Shown here in pieces: positions 51,129-61,324 of a stretch of 64,000 nt of DNA. This DNA comes from an uncultured Gammaproteobacteria bacterium. GTDB taxonomy: Bacteria > Pseudomonadota > Gammaproteobacteria > UBA9214. Within the stretch, counting starts at the first letter, position 1, and every line of letters begins with the position of its first letter. The stretch spans positions 64,001-128,000 of the forward strand of contig CAVVHS010000005.1 of assembly GCA_963748215.1 (NCBI GenBank). The letters run 5' to 3'. Both the position numbers and the translations under genes were made by a program. Under the pieces are notes generated by a model, which searched no databases, was not told where the DNA came from, and saw nothing but the letters and a program-made list of their open reading frames with translations.

Positions 51129-51215
51129 CGTCGTTGCGAGAGCAGCGAGGCAATCTGTTTAAATTCACCATCAGGCAGCTGGAGACAGCTTCGTCACTTC
51201 ATGACGCGCAATGAT
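51129..51215. repeat. Degenerate CGTC-type (GTCATTGCGAG...GCAATCT) palindromic doublet
   Basis: CGTCGTTGCGAG..GGCAATCT ... AGACAGCTTCG..CGCAATGAT, imperfect inverted arms. Confidence 0.45.
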
Positions 51216-51266
51216 AAACCAGTCAGGACTGGCAGAAGTCGATATGGCACACGTGATCAAGCCGGA

Positions 51267-51593
51267 CTAGATGTTGAAGCTCTCGCCGCAACCGCACTCG
51301 TCCTTGACATTGGGATTCCTGAACTTGAAGCCCTCGTTGAGGCCTTCACGCGCATAATCGAGTTCGGTGCCGTCGAGGTAGACCAGGCTCTTGGGATTGA
51401 TAATCACCTTCACGCCCTGGTCTTCGAACACCACGTCGTCGTCCTCGATGGTGTCGGCGTATTCCATTACGTAGGCCATGCCCGAGCAGCCGGTGGTCTT
51501 CACCCCGAGCCGCAGCGCGATGCCCTTGCCACGCTGTTCCATGAAATGACGAATGCGGTCAGCCGCGTTTGCTGTCAGTGTAATTGCCATCAT
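51267..51593 (-). CDS. iscA: Fe-S carrier IscA
   Basis: [32 protein letters not shown]. Confidence 0.95.
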   Translation of the reverse strand: MMAITLTANAADRIRHFMEQRGKGIALRLGVKTTGCSGMAYVMEYADTIEDDDVVFEDQGVKVIINPKSLVYLDGTELDYAREGLNEGFKFRNPNVKDECGCGESFNI

Positions 51594-51599
51594 GTCACC

Positions 51600-52820
51600 C
51601 TAGTGCGCCGCCCACTTCACGGAATCCAGGTCGATGCCATCCTTGTACATGTCCCACAGCGGCGACAGTTCGCGCAGCTTGGTGACCTTTTCCCTGACCC
51701 GCTCGATGACGTAGTCGATCTCTTCCTCGGTGGTAAAGCGGCCGATAGTGAAGCGGATCGAACTGTGCGCCAGCTCGTCATTGCGGCCGAGGGCGCGCAA
51801 CACGTAGGAAGGTTCCAGGCTGGAGCTGGTGCAGGCCGAGCCGGAAGACACGGCCATGTCCTTGAGCGCCATGATCAGGCTCTCGCCCTCGACATAATTG
51901 AAGCTGACATTGAGATTGCCGGGTATCCGGTGGTCGAGGTCACCATTCAGGTACACCTCCTCCATTTGGTTGAGGCCCTCCCAGAGCCGGTCGCGCAGCA
52001 CCCTGATGCGCTTGCCCTCTGTTTCCATCTCTTCGCGCGCGATGCGGAACGCTTCGCCCATGCCGGCAATCTGGTGCGTGGGCAGGGTACCGGAGCGCAG
52101 GCCGCGCTCGTGACCGCCACCGTGCATCTGCGCCTCCAGGCGCACGCGTGGTTTGCGGCGCACGTACAATGCACCGACACCCTTCGGCCCGTAGGTCTTG
52201 TGTGCCGAAAAGGACATCAGGTCGACCTTGAGGTTTTCCAGATCGATCGGCACCTTGCCGGTGCTCTGCGCGGCATCGACGTGAAAGATGACCTTGTGCT
52301 CGCGGCAGATTTCACCGATCGCACCGATGTCCTGGATGACGCCGATTTCATTGTTGACGTGCATGATGCTGGCAAGAATGGTGTCCGGGCGCAGCGCCGC
52401 CTCGAATTTTTTCAGGTCGAGCAGGCCGTTCGGCTCAGGATCGAGATAGGTGACCTCATATCCCTCGCGCTCGAGCTGGCGGCAGGAATCGAGCACGGCC
52501 TTGTGTTCGGTCTTGAGCGTCACGATATGCTTGCCGTTCTTGTGATAGAAATGCGCAACACCCTTGATGGCCAGGTTGTCGGATTCGGTTGCGCCGGAGG
52601 TCCAGATAATTTCCCTGGGATCGGCATTGACCAGCTTCGCCACCTCGGCACGCGCGTTCTCCACCGCCTCCTCGGCCTGCCAGCCGTAGGAATGGGAGCG
52701 CGACGCCGGGTTGCCGAACTGCCCCTGGCGCGTCAGATAGGTCATCATTTTTTCCGCAACACGCTCATCAACCGGTGTGGTTGCCGAATAGTCCATGTAA
52801 ATGGGTATGCTGATATTCAT
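51600..52820 (-). CDS. iscS: Cysteine desulfurase IscS
   Basis: [34 protein letters not shown]. Confidence 0.98.
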   Translation of the reverse strand: MNISIPIYMDYSATTPVDERVAEKMMTYLTRQGQFGNPASRSHSYGWQAEEAVENARAEVAKLVNADPREIIWTSGATESDNLAIKGVAHFYHKNGKHIVTLKTEHKAVLDSCRQLEREGYEVTYLDPEPNGLLDLKKFEAALRPDTILASIMHVNNEIGVIQDIGAIGEICREHKVIFHVDAAQSTGKVPIDLENLKVDLMSFSAHKTYGPKGVGALYVRRKPRVRLEAQMHGGGHERGLRSGTLPTHQIAGMGEAFRIAREEMETEGKRIRVLRDRLWEGLNQMEEVYLNGDLDHRIPGNLNVSFNYVEGESLIMALKDMAVSSGSACTSSSLEPSYVLRALGRNDELAHSSIRFTIGRFTTEEEIDYVIERVREKVTKLRELSPLWDMYKDGIDLDSVKWAAH

Positions 52821-52861
52821 TCGCTCTACCTTGCTCGTTTGACGATTGCCTGAATCAATAC

Positions 52862-53338
52862 CTATGCCACTGTCTTGCGCAGCCGCGGCACCCCGACCTC
52901 GTGACGGCTCTGCTGGCGACGCACGACCTGGTTGACATCTTCCCGTTCCAGAAAGCTGGCCAGTGTGACGCTGGCGAGAAATTCCTGGATCTGGCCACCG
53001 AGCTGCTGCCAGAGTTCATGCGTCAGGCAGCGCTCACCGTCCTGGCAGTCGGTGTTACCGCCGCACAGGGTGACGTCGATACCCTCGCCGATGGCATCGA
53101 TGACCTCGGCCACCGAGATCTCCGTGGGTGGCCGCGACAGCTGATAGCCGCCACCCGGGCCGCGTATGCCCTCGACCAGACCGTGCCTGCGCAGACGGGC
53201 GAACAGCTGTTCCAGGTAAGACAGGGAAATACCTTGAGCCTCGGAGATATCCGCCAGCGTCACGGCGCCTTCTCCGTGATGGATGGCGAGATCCATCATG
53301 GCAGTGACGGCATAACGTCCTTTGGTCGATAGTCGCAT
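52862..53338 (-). CDS. iscR: Fe-S cluster regulator IscR
   Basis: [22 protein letters not shown]-x5-C-x5-C-x2-H ligands. Confidence 0.93.
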   Translation of the reverse strand: MRLSTKGRYAVTAMMDLAIHHGEGAVTLADISEAQGISLSYLEQLFARLRRHGLVEGIRGPGGGYQLSRPPTEISVAEVIDAIGEGIDVTLCGGNTDCQDGERCLTHELWQQLGGQIQEFLASVTLASFLEREDVNQVVRRQQSRHEVGVPRLRKTVA

Positions 53339-53383
53339 AATCGTTTCCTGCCGAATAATCCCCATATGGGGATGCCCGGCCAA

Positions 53384-53408
53384 ATAACCAAGTAAATTAG
53401 TCAGGAAA
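53384..53408. promoter_or_regulatory. Type-1 IscR operator
   Basis: Minus strand TTTCCTGACTAATTTACTTGGTTAT resembles ATASYYGACTRWWWYAGTCRRSTAT; upstream of iscR. Confidence 0.65.
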
Positions 53409-53480
53409 TATTATGCGGCAGTCGCGCGGTGCAGGCAAGCGCCCGCGACTATCACAATGGGGATATACTGAAACTATCCT

Positions 53481-54008
53481 TCAGGACTCGGCGCCGAGCA
53501 GGTTTGCCGTGGTTGCCGCGATGGAATCCTCGACCGGCAGCACGACACGACCGGGAACAAAGCGGTGTCCCTGCATCAGGCAATATCCCAGCCATTTCTG
53601 CAGGAACCGGTTCATGCGCCACTTTTCGACCAGGGTGTACCTGTGGAACATGCGGTTGTAGAGTGCATGGCGCAGGCCGCGGCGGCGTCCGCAGGAGATA
53701 ACCTCGGCGACCTGCGCGTCGTGATACATCCTGACCTGCATGTCCGGCGCGGGGAAACGGCCGTGTGAATCGGTGAAGTGATAGGTCAGATTGAAGGTAG
53801 TGGTGAACTTGCAGCGCTCGATGACGCGCAGCTGCAGATCCAGCACGCCGTCGATCCGGGAAATGACGACGTCGGGCATGACATCGATATCCGGCACGAG
53901 ATTGCGTATGCGAATATAATTGCACTCATAGATTTCCATGAGCCCGGCAAAATTCTTCGTCGGGATGCCATGGTTCTCAAAATGTCGCAAGGTGCAATGC
54001 ATAACCAC
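53481..54008 (-). CDS. DUF1249 (YqiB-like) protein
   Basis: YECNYIRI..L.P, VRMYHDAQVAEV, EKWRMNRFLQKWLGYCL..GH. Start uncertain. Confidence 0.85.
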   Translation of the reverse strand: MVMHCTLRHFENHGIPTKNFAGLMEIYECNYIRIRNLVPDIDVMPDVVISRIDGVLDLQLRVIERCKFTTTFNLTYHFTDSHGRFPAPDMQVRMYHDAQVAEVISCGRRRGLRHALYNRMFHRYTLVEKWRMNRFLQKWLGYCLMQGHRFVPGRVVLPVEDSIAATTANLLGAES

Positions 54009-54134
54009 ATCATATCATGTCGAAATTATTCTGCCGGTAACAGGCCACAGCGCCCGGTGCTGGCATTTGCAAAACTATCGGCGATAATCTGTCTTACTTG
54101 ACGGACCGTCAACCATTGACATAACAGGCCGACC

Positions 54135-55586
54135 ATGTCTGATAACATCATTGACCTGCTGCGCGCGCAGCTGCCGGAGCGCTGCGTGCTGCATCAGGAA
54201 GAGGATCTTCGTCCCTACGAGTGCGATGCCTTGTCCGCCTATCGCCAGCTGCCGCTGGCCGTGGTCATCCCGGAAACGCTGGAGCAGGTGCGAACCACGC
54301 TGGCCCTGTGCAACGCGCACCGGGTTCCGGTGGTCGCACGCGGCGCCGGCACCGGCCTGTCGGGCGGCGCCATGCCGCTCGGCGACGGCATCCTGCTCAG
54401 CATGGCCCGCTTCAACCGCATTCTCGACATCGACACGGCCAACCGTTGCGCGCGCGTGCAGCCCGGCGTGACCAACCTGTCGATCTCGAAGGCCGCCGAA
54501 CCCTGGGGCCTCTACTACGCACCTGACCCGTCGTCGCAGATCGCCTGCTCGATCGGCGGCAACGTGGCGGAAAATGCCGGCGGCGTGCATTGCCTCAAGT
54601 ACGGCCTCACCACGCACAACATCCTTGCGCTGCAGGTCATCACCATCGAAGGCGAGCAACTCGGAATCGGCGGCACGGCGCTGGACAGCCCGGGCTATGA
54701 CCTGCTGGCGCTGATGACCGGGTCGGAAGGCCTGCTCGGTGTGATCACCGAGGTCACTGTCAAGCTGCTGCCCCGGCCGCAGACCGCGCAGGTGGTGCTG
54801 GCGGCGTTCGACACCGTGGAGGCGGCCGCTGCCGCGGTCACCTCGACCATCGCCAGCGGCATCGTGCCGGCCGGACTGGAACTGCTCGACAACCCGGCCA
54901 TCCGGGCCGTGTCACGCTTCATCGACACCGGCTACCCGGCCGACGCCGGCGCTATCCTGTTGTGCGAACTGGACGGCGAACAGGAAGACGTCGCCGCACA
55001 GATCGAGCACGTCAACCGTGTGTTCCGCGATGCCGGCTGCACCTCGCTGGCGGTTTCGCGCGACGAGGCCGAACGGCAGCGCTTCTGGGCCGGGCGCAAG
55101 GCCGCGTTTCCGGCCATGGGCCGGCTGTCGCCCGACTACTACTGCATGGACGGCACCATCCCGCGCAAGCACCTGGCAGAGGTGCTGAACGGCATCGGCG
55201 ACCTGTCGCGCGAATACGGCCTGTCCATCTGCAACGTCTTCCATGCCGGTGACGGCAACCTGCATCCGCTCATCCTGTACGATGCCAACCAGCCGGGCGA
55301 GCTGGAACGCACCGAGGAACTGGGCGGCAAAATCCTCGAACTCTGCGTCGGCGTCGGCGGCACCATCACCGGCGAGCACGGTGTCGGCCTGGAAAAGATC
55401 AACCAGATGTGTGTCCAGTTCAACACGGCCGAACTGCAACAGTTCCATGCCGTGAAGACGGCGTTCGACCCGCATGGTCTGCTCAATCCCGGCAAGGCCA
55501 TCCCCACCCTGCACCGCTGCGCGGAGTTCGGCGCCATGCACGTCCATCACGGTCAGCTGCCGCACCCGGAGCTGGAACGCTTCTAG
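54135..55586 (+). CDS. glcD: Glycolate oxidase subunit GlcD
   Basis: YECDALSAYR, RGAGTGLSGG, PDPSSQIACSIGGN, FHAGDGNLHP, GEHGVG, LHRCAEFGAMHVH. Confidence 0.95.
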   Translation: MSDNIIDLLRAQLPERCVLHQEEDLRPYECDALSAYRQLPLAVVIPETLEQVRTTLALCNAHRVPVVARGAGTGLSGGAMPLGDGILLSMARFNRILDIDTANRCARVQPGVTNLSISKAAEPWGLYYAPDPSSQIACSIGGNVAENAGGVHCLKYGLTTHNILALQVITIEGEQLGIGGTALDSPGYDLLALMTGSEGLLGVITEVTVKLLPRPQTAQVVLAAFDTVEAAAAAVTSTIASGIVPAGLELLDNPAIRAVSRFIDTGYPADAGAILLCELDGEQEDVAAQIEHVNRVFRDAGCTSLAVSRDEAERQRFWAGRKAAFPAMGRLSPDYYCMDGTIPRKHLAEVLNGIGDLSREYGLSICNVFHAGDGNLHPLILYDANQPGELERTEELGGKILELCVGVGGTITGEHGVGLEKINQMCVQFNTAELQQFHAVKTAFDPHGLLNPGKAIPTLHRCAEFGAMHVHHGQLPHPELERF

Positions 55587-55597
55587 CGATACACGGC

Positions 55598-56654
55598 ATG
55601 AGCGAGCTTCAATCCATTCAGGACCGGATTAGCGTCGCGGCGGCGAGCCACACGGCACTCGTGATCCAGGGCGGCGGCAGCAAGCCGTTCTACGGGCGCG
55701 CGGTTGCCGGCCAGCCGCTCGCGGTCGGCGGCTATCGCGGCATCATCGACTACACACCGTCGGAGCTGGTGATCTCCGCGCGCGCCGGTACGCCCTTGTC
55801 GGAACTGGAGGCCACGCTCGCGCAACACGGACAGATGCTGGCCTTCGAGCCGCCGCACTTCGGTGCCACCGCCACGCTCGGCGGCACCATCGCCTGCGGC
55901 CTGTCCGGACCACGCCGCCCCTGGACCGGCGCCGCGCGCGATTTCGTGCTGGGGGTGAATTGCGTCAACGGCAAGGGCGAATACCTCGCGGTTCGGCGGC
56001 CAGGTCATGAAAAACGTCGCCGGCTACGACCTGTCGCGCACCCTGACGGGATCGCTCGGCACACTGGCGGTCCTGCTCGACGTGCACCTCAAGGTGCTGC
56101 CGCGACCGGAACAGGACATCACCCTGCTGCAACCATGCACAGCCACGGAGGCCATCGAGCGCTGCAACCGCTGGTCGGCACAGCCGCTGCCACTGAGCGG
56201 CGCCTGCCACTTCGACCACCAGCTGCTGATTCGGCTGTCCGGCAACGCGCGCGGGCTTGCCCCTGCCGTGCGCAGCCTGGGCGGCGAACAGCTCGACGAC
56301 AGCAGCCGCTTCTGGGAGCACCTGCGCGAACAACAGCTGCCGTTCTTCGACACAACACGGCCGCTGTGGCGTGTGTCGGTGGCGCCGGCCACCGCCCCGC
56401 TCGCGCTCGACGGCGAATGGCTCATGGACTGGGGCGGCGCGCAGCGCTGGCTGGCCACCGACCTGCCGGCCGACCAGGTACGCGCGGCCGTACAGGCCGC
56501 CGGCGGTCACGCCACCCTGTGGCGTGGCGGTGCAGCGGATGATGACATCTTTCAGCCGCTGCCGCCGACGCTGCTGGCCCTGCACCGCCGCCTCAAGCAG
56601 ACCTTCGACCCGGCCGGCATCCTCAACCCGGGCCGCCTGTACGCCACGTTGTAG
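55598..56654 (+). pseudogene. glcE: Glycolate oxidase FAD subunit GlcE, interrupted by a 1-base insertion near 55987-55988
   Basis: 5' part GGGSKPFYG...FEPPHFG...GPRRPW..ARDFVLG..GEYL; 3' part in the next frame RFGGQVMKNVAGYD...FDPAGILNPGR. May be a sequencing error. Confidence 0.85.
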
Positions 56655-56668
56655 GGAGCCACTGTTTC

Positions 56669-57901
56669 ATGCAAACCGCACTATCCAGGGAACTGCTGCA
56701 GACCCGTGCCGGCCAGGAGGCCGACGAAATCCTGCGCAACTGCGTGCACTGCGGTTTCTGCAACGCCACCTGCCCGACCTACCAGCTCACCGGCGACGAA
56801 CTGGACGGCCCGCGCGGGCGCATCTACCTCATCAAGCAGGTGCTGGAGGGCAAACCACCCGGCGAGAAAACGCGCCTGCACCTCGACCGCTGCCTGACCT
56901 GCCGCGCCTGCGAGACCACCTGCCCGTCCGGCGTCGACTATCACCGCCTGCTCGATACCGGGCGTGCACTGACTGCGCAGGCGTTGCCGCGCCCGATACA
57001 TCAGCGCCTGTTGCGCCTGGCGCTGCGCAAGGTGATGACGCAGCCGCTGCTGTTCACGCCGTTGCTGCGCAGCGGACAGTGGCTGCGGCCGCTGTTACCG
57101 GCGGCACTCAGGGCCCGCATACCCGCGAGGCAACCCGGCACCCCTTTTCGATCCGGCACCCCGCACACGCGCAGCATGCTGCTGCTCGATGGCTGCGTGC
57201 AGCCGGCGCTCGCGCCGCAGATCAACCGCGCCGCGAAGGTCGTGTTCAATGCGCTCGGCATCGACCTGGTCACCGCGCGCAATGCCGGCTGCTGCGGCGC
57301 GCTCAGCCACCACCTCGATGCCCACGCCGAGGCGCAGGCCTTCATGCGCCGCAATATCGATGCCTGGTGGCCGCACATCGAGCACGGTGCCGAGGCCATC
57401 GTCATCACCGCCAGCGGCTGTGCACCCATGGTCAAGGACTACGGTCGCCTGCTGGCGGACGAGCCGGCCTACGCCGACAAGGCCGCACGCGTGAGTGCGC
57501 TGGCACGCGACCTCAGCGAGGTGGTCGCCGCCGAACGACCCGAGACCGCGCTCGTGCCGGCGCCGGCGACACGCATCGCCTTTCACTCACCGTGCACCCT
57601 GCAGCACGGCCAGCGCATCACCGGCGTGGTCGAGGGCATGCTTGGCCGGCTCGGCTACACGCTGACCCCGGTCGCGGACGCACACCTGTGTTGCGGTTCG
57701 GCCGGTACCTATTCGATACTTCAGGGCGAACTGGCCACGCAGTTGCGCGACAACAAGCTGGCCGCCCTGCAGCAGGGCAAGCCCGATACCATCGCGACCG
57801 CCAATATCGGCTGTTACCAGCACATGGCCGGACATGCCGGCATACCCGTCGTACACTGGATAGAATTACTGTCAATCCTGCTACCCGAGATCCGCCCATG
57901 A
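56669..57901 (+). CDS. glcF: Glycolate oxidase Fe-S subunit GlcF
   Basis: CVHCGFCNATCPTY, CLTCRACETTCPSG, two CCG domains. Confidence 0.95.
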   Translation: MQTALSRELLQTRAGQEADEILRNCVHCGFCNATCPTYQLTGDELDGPRGRIYLIKQVLEGKPPGEKTRLHLDRCLTCRACETTCPSGVDYHRLLDTGRALTAQALPRPIHQRLLRLALRKVMTQPLLFTPLLRSGQWLRPLLPAALRARIPARQPGTPFRSGTPHTRSMLLLDGCVQPALAPQINRAAKVVFNALGIDLVTARNAGCCGALSHHLDAHAEAQAFMRRNIDAWWPHIEHGAEAIVITASGCAPMVKDYGRLLADEPAYADKAARVSALARDLSEVVAAERPETALVPAPATRIAFHSPCTLQHGQRITGVVEGMLGRLGYTLTPVADAHLCCGSAGTYSILQGELATQLRDNKLAALQQGKPDTIATANIGCYQHMAGHAGIPVVHWIELLSILLPEIRP

Positions 57902-58713
57902 ACGCCGCTGAACTGCCGCTGTTGATCGAACCTGAAACCCTCGAAAGTTCAATTGGTAACGAGAATCTCCTGATTGTCGACCTGAGCAAGGCCGACACCT
58001 ACGCCAAACTGCATGCACCGGGCGCCGTTCACCTCGATTACCCGCAGATCATCGCCGCACAGAAGCCGGTAATGGGGCTGCTGCCGGACGATGCGTCGCT
58101 CGAACGCCTGTTCTCCTCCATCGGCATCGACAGCGACACGCATGTCGTCGCCTACGACGATGAGGGTGGCGGGCGCGCCAGCCGCCTGCTCTGGACGCTG
58201 GCCGCGGTCGGACACACGCGCTTCTCGCTGCTCAACGGCGGCCTGCATGCCTGGGCCAACGAGGGATATCCCGTCGATGCGGCACACGTGACGCCGGCGC
58301 CGAAAAGCTTCAAGGCACAACGCGATCCCGCTCCGGTGGCAACGCGCGACTATATCCGCCAGCATCTCGGTGACAGCGCGGTCTGTCTGCTGGATGTGCG
58401 CACGCCCGATGAATACAACGGCGTAAAGCGCTTCGCTGACCGCGCCGGACATATTCCCGGTGCCGTCAACATGGACTGGACGCAGGCCATCGATACCGGG
58501 CGCAACATGCGCTTCAAGCCGGACGCCGACCTCAAGGCCCTGCTGCAGGCGGTCGGCGCGACCCCGGACCGCGAGGTCATCACCTACTGCCAGACCCACC
58601 ACCGCTCGGCGCATACCTGGCTGGTGCTGATGCACCTGGGTTACCCGCATGCGCGGGGTTATCCGGGTTCCTGGTCGGACTGGGGTAACGACCCCGAGTT
58701 GCCGGTGGAGTAG
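57898..58713 (+). CDS. rhdA: Tandem-domain rhodanese/sulfurtransferase, RhdA type
   Basis: Active-site loop CQTHHR as in Azotobacter/Pseudomonas RhdA; GHIPGA; YPGSWSDW. Confidence 0.85.
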   Translation: MNAAELPLLIEPETLESSIGNENLLIVDLSKADTYAKLHAPGAVHLDYPQIIAAQKPVMGLLPDDASLERLFSSIGIDSDTHVVAYDDEGGGRASRLLWTLAAVGHTRFSLLNGGLHAWANEGYPVDAAHVTPAPKSFKAQRDPAPVATRDYIRQHLGDSAVCLLDVRTPDEYNGVKRFADRAGHIPGAVNMDWTQAIDTGRNMRFKPDADLKALLQAVGATPDREVITYCQTHHRSAHTWLVLMHLGYPHARGYPGSWSDWGNDPELPVE

Positions 58714-58724
58714 GCATTGCGCCT

Positions 58725-58787
58725 GTAGGAGCGGATCCCATCCGCGATCATTTGATTCAACCCATCGCGCTGGCGAAGCGCTCCTAC
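58725..58787. repeat. GTAG REP doublet overlapping the orn stop codon
   Basis: GTAGGAGCGGATCCCATCCGCGAT...ATCGCGCTGGCGAAGCGCTCCTAC. Confidence 0.85.
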
Positions 58788-59326
58788 TTGAATAAATACT
58801 CGCGGTAATACTTCAACTCGCGGATCGAGTCGCGCGTGTCATCCAGCGCCAGGTGGCTGCTGTCTTTCCTGAAGCCTTTCGCGACATTCGGCGACCAGCG
58901 GAACGCCAGTTCCTTGAGGGTGCTGACGTCGAGGTTGCGGTAATGAAAATAGCGTTCCAGCTCGGGCATGCAGCGCGCCATGAATCGCCGGTCCTGGCAA
59001 ATGCTGTTGCCGCACATGGGCGAGGTGTTGGCCGGCACGTGTTCGGCCAGAAAAGCAATGGTCTGCTGTTCGGCCATGGTCTCGTCGCAGGCACTGGCGC
59101 GCACACGCTCGGTCAGCCCCGACAGGCCATGCTGCCGGGTATTCCATTCGTCCATCGCGTTCATCACCTCGTCCGGCTGGTGAATGGCCAGCACCGGACC
59201 TTCCGCGAGGATGTTCAGCTGACTGTCGGTAACGATGGTTGCAATTTCGATGATCCGGTCACTGTTCGTGTCCAGCCCGGTCATTTCCAGGTCGATCCAG
59301 ATCAGATTGTTCGCATCTTGCGCCAT
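58784..59326 (-). CDS. orn: Oligoribonuclease
   Basis: [36 protein letters not shown]. Confidence 0.97.
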   Translation of the reverse strand: MAQDANNLIWIDLEMTGLDTNSDRIIEIATIVTDSQLNILAEGPVLAIHQPDEVMNAMDEWNTRQHGLSGLTERVRASACDETMAEQQTIAFLAEHVPANTSPMCGNSICQDRRFMARCMPELERYFHYRNLDVSTLKELAFRWSPNVAKGFRKDSSHLALDDTRDSIRELKYYREYLFK

Positions 59327-59410
59327 GCTTCTTCCTTTCGAATATAATGGTTGAGTCGCATTGTAGCAGAGGCTACCCTGCCAACAGGCAACCCGTTTAG
59401 CGCAACCCGC

Positions 59411-60658
59411 ATGAATTCTTTCACCTATCTTTTTCTGGCTGCACTGGCCGTTTCGGTATCGCTGCGGTTCTGGCTGGCCGGCCGGCAACTGGCACATGTC
59501 GGCAAATATCGCGACAAAGTCCCGGAATCCTTCGCCAGCCGCATCCCGCTCGATGACCACCACAAGGCCGCGGACTACACCCGCATCAACACGCGCATCG
59601 GCATGCTTGCCCTGCTCTGGGATTCGCTGATACTGCTGGGCTGGACACTCGGCGGCGGCCTGGACTGGCTCGACGGTGCGTGGCGCGGCGCCACGCTCGC
59701 ACCGGTACTGACCGGCACCGCCGTCATCCTCAGTGCGATGGTGATCGGCTCCCTGCTCGACCTGCCCTTCGACATCTACCACACCTTCGTGGTGGAGGAA
59801 CGTTTCGGCTTCAACCGCTCCTCGCCCGCGCTGTTCGTCACCGACCTGCTCAAGCAGGGCCTGCTGCTGATCGTCATCGGCGCGCCGCTGATCGCGCTGG
59901 CGCTGTGGATCATGCAGGCCTCGGGCGAGCTGTGGTGGCTGTACGTCTGGGCGGTGTGGATGACCTTCACCCTGATCATGTTCTGGGCCTGGCCGGCCGT
60001 GATCGCGCCGCTGTTCAACAAGTTCTCGCCGCTCGAGGACGCCGGCCTGAAACAGCGCATCCAGGCGCTGATGGACAAATGCGGCTTCCGCAGCAAGGGC
60101 ATTTTCGTCATGGACGGCTCGCGTCGCTCCGGACACGGCAACGCCTACTTCACGGGCTTCGGCAACAACAAGCGCATCGTGTTCTTCGATACCCTGCTGG
60201 AATCGCTGGAGCCCGCCGAGATCGAGGCGGTGCTGGCGCATGAGCTCGGTCATTTCCGGCTGAAACACATCCAGAAGCGCCTGCTGTCCACCATGGCGCT
60301 GAGCCTGGCGGCACTGGCGCTGCTCGGCTGGCTGGCGCGGCAGGACTGGTTCTACGCCGGCCTCGGCGTCACCCTGCCCTCGACCTGGATGGCGTTGCTG
60401 CTGTTCATGCTGGTGTTGCCGGTGTTCACCTTCATCCTGCAGCCGCTGCTGTCGTACCTGTCGCGCAAGCATGAGTTCGAGGCCGATGCCTATGCCGTGG
60501 CGCAGTCCAGTGGCAGTGACCTGGCGCAGGCGCTGGTCAAGATGTACCGCGAAAACGCCAGCACGCTGACTCCCGACCCCCTGTATTCCGCCTGGCACTA
60601 TTCGCACCCGCCCGCGCCGGTGCGTATCGAGCGGATATACGCTAATATGAACGCTTAA
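59411..60658 (+). CDS. Ste24-like M48 family integral membrane metallopeptidase
   Basis: [36 protein letters not shown]; multiple TM helices. Confidence 0.92.
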   Translation: MNSFTYLFLAALAVSVSLRFWLAGRQLAHVGKYRDKVPESFASRIPLDDHHKAADYTRINTRIGMLALLWDSLILLGWTLGGGLDWLDGAWRGATLAPVLTGTAVILSAMVIGSLLDLPFDIYHTFVVEERFGFNRSSPALFVTDLLKQGLLLIVIGAPLIALALWIMQASGELWWLYVWAVWMTFTLIMFWAWPAVIAPLFNKFSPLEDAGLKQRIQALMDKCGFRSKGIFVMDGSRRSGHGNAYFTGFGNNKRIVFFDTLLESLEPAEIEAVLAHELGHFRLKHIQKRLLSTMALSLAALALLGWLARQDWFYAGLGVTLPSTWMALLLFMLVLPVFTFILQPLLSYLSRKHEFEADAYAVAQSSGSDLAQALVKMYRENASTLTPDPLYSAWHYSHPPAPVRIERIYANMNA

Positions 60659-60676
60659 CCGACGGAGGTATCCGCA

Positions 60677-60958
60677 ATGAAAACCCTATCAAAACTGCTG
60701 GCAGCCGCAATCCTGGCAGGTACAGCAAACCTGGCGATGGCCGCCGACACCGCGCATGGCAAGGTGCTGGCGCAGGAAAACTGCATGAGTTGCCACGGCG
60801 ATGAGGTGTACACACGCAAGGACCGCAAGGTCACCACGATGGCCGGTCTGGATAGCCAGGTCAGGCGCTGCGAACTGAGCCTGGGACTGCAGTGGTTCGA
60901 TGACGATGTCGAGAGCGTGGTCGCGTACCTCAACGACGCCTTCTACAAGTTCAAGTAA
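60677..60958 (+). CDS. Small periplasmic monoheme cytochrome c (green-heme-protein-like)
   Basis: Signal peptide, CMSCH, extra Cys in QVRRCE, W...VVAYLN..FY; GGAGG RBS. Confidence 0.75.
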   Translation: MKTLSKLLAAAILAGTANLAMAADTAHGKVLAQENCMSCHGDEVYTRKDRKVTTMAGLDSQVRRCELSLGLQWFDDDVESVVAYLNDAFYKFK

Positions 60959-60961
60959 TAC

Positions 60962-61312
60962 ATGACCGGCACCCGGCTGTTCGAGCGACACTGCAAGCCC
61001 TGCACCAGGGACACACCGCCGCTGGACAGGCCACAGGCCGAACAACTGCTCGCCGGGCTGCATGCCGACTGGACGCTCGCGTCGGACGGCAGGGAAATCA
61101 GCCGCACCTGCAGCTTCGACAACTATTACCAGACCATGGCGTTCGTCAATGCCCTGGCCTGGGTTGCCCACAGCGAGGACCATCATCCCGAGATCGAGGT
61201 CAGCTACAAGCGTTGCCACGTGCGCTACAGCACGCACATGATCGGCGGCCTGTCCGACAACGATTTCATCTGCGCCGCCCGCATCGACGCGCTGCTGCCG
61301 GCAGCCTCGTAA
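60962..61312 (+). CDS. phhB: Pterin-4-alpha-carbinolamine dehydratase
   Basis: AFVNA.A..AH.EDHHPE, THMIGGLSDNDFICAARID. Confidence 0.9.
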   Translation: MTGTRLFERHCKPCTRDTPPLDRPQAEQLLAGLHADWTLASDGREISRTCSFDNYYQTMAFVNALAWVAHSEDHHPEIEVSYKRCHVRYSTHMIGGLSDNDFICAARIDALLPAAS

Positions 61313-61324
61313 TCCACTACGGGT

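Noticed and set aside
55975-56010. Programmed ribosomal frameshift in glcE
   Set aside because: No slippery heptamer or known recoding in this family; a simple indel is more likely.
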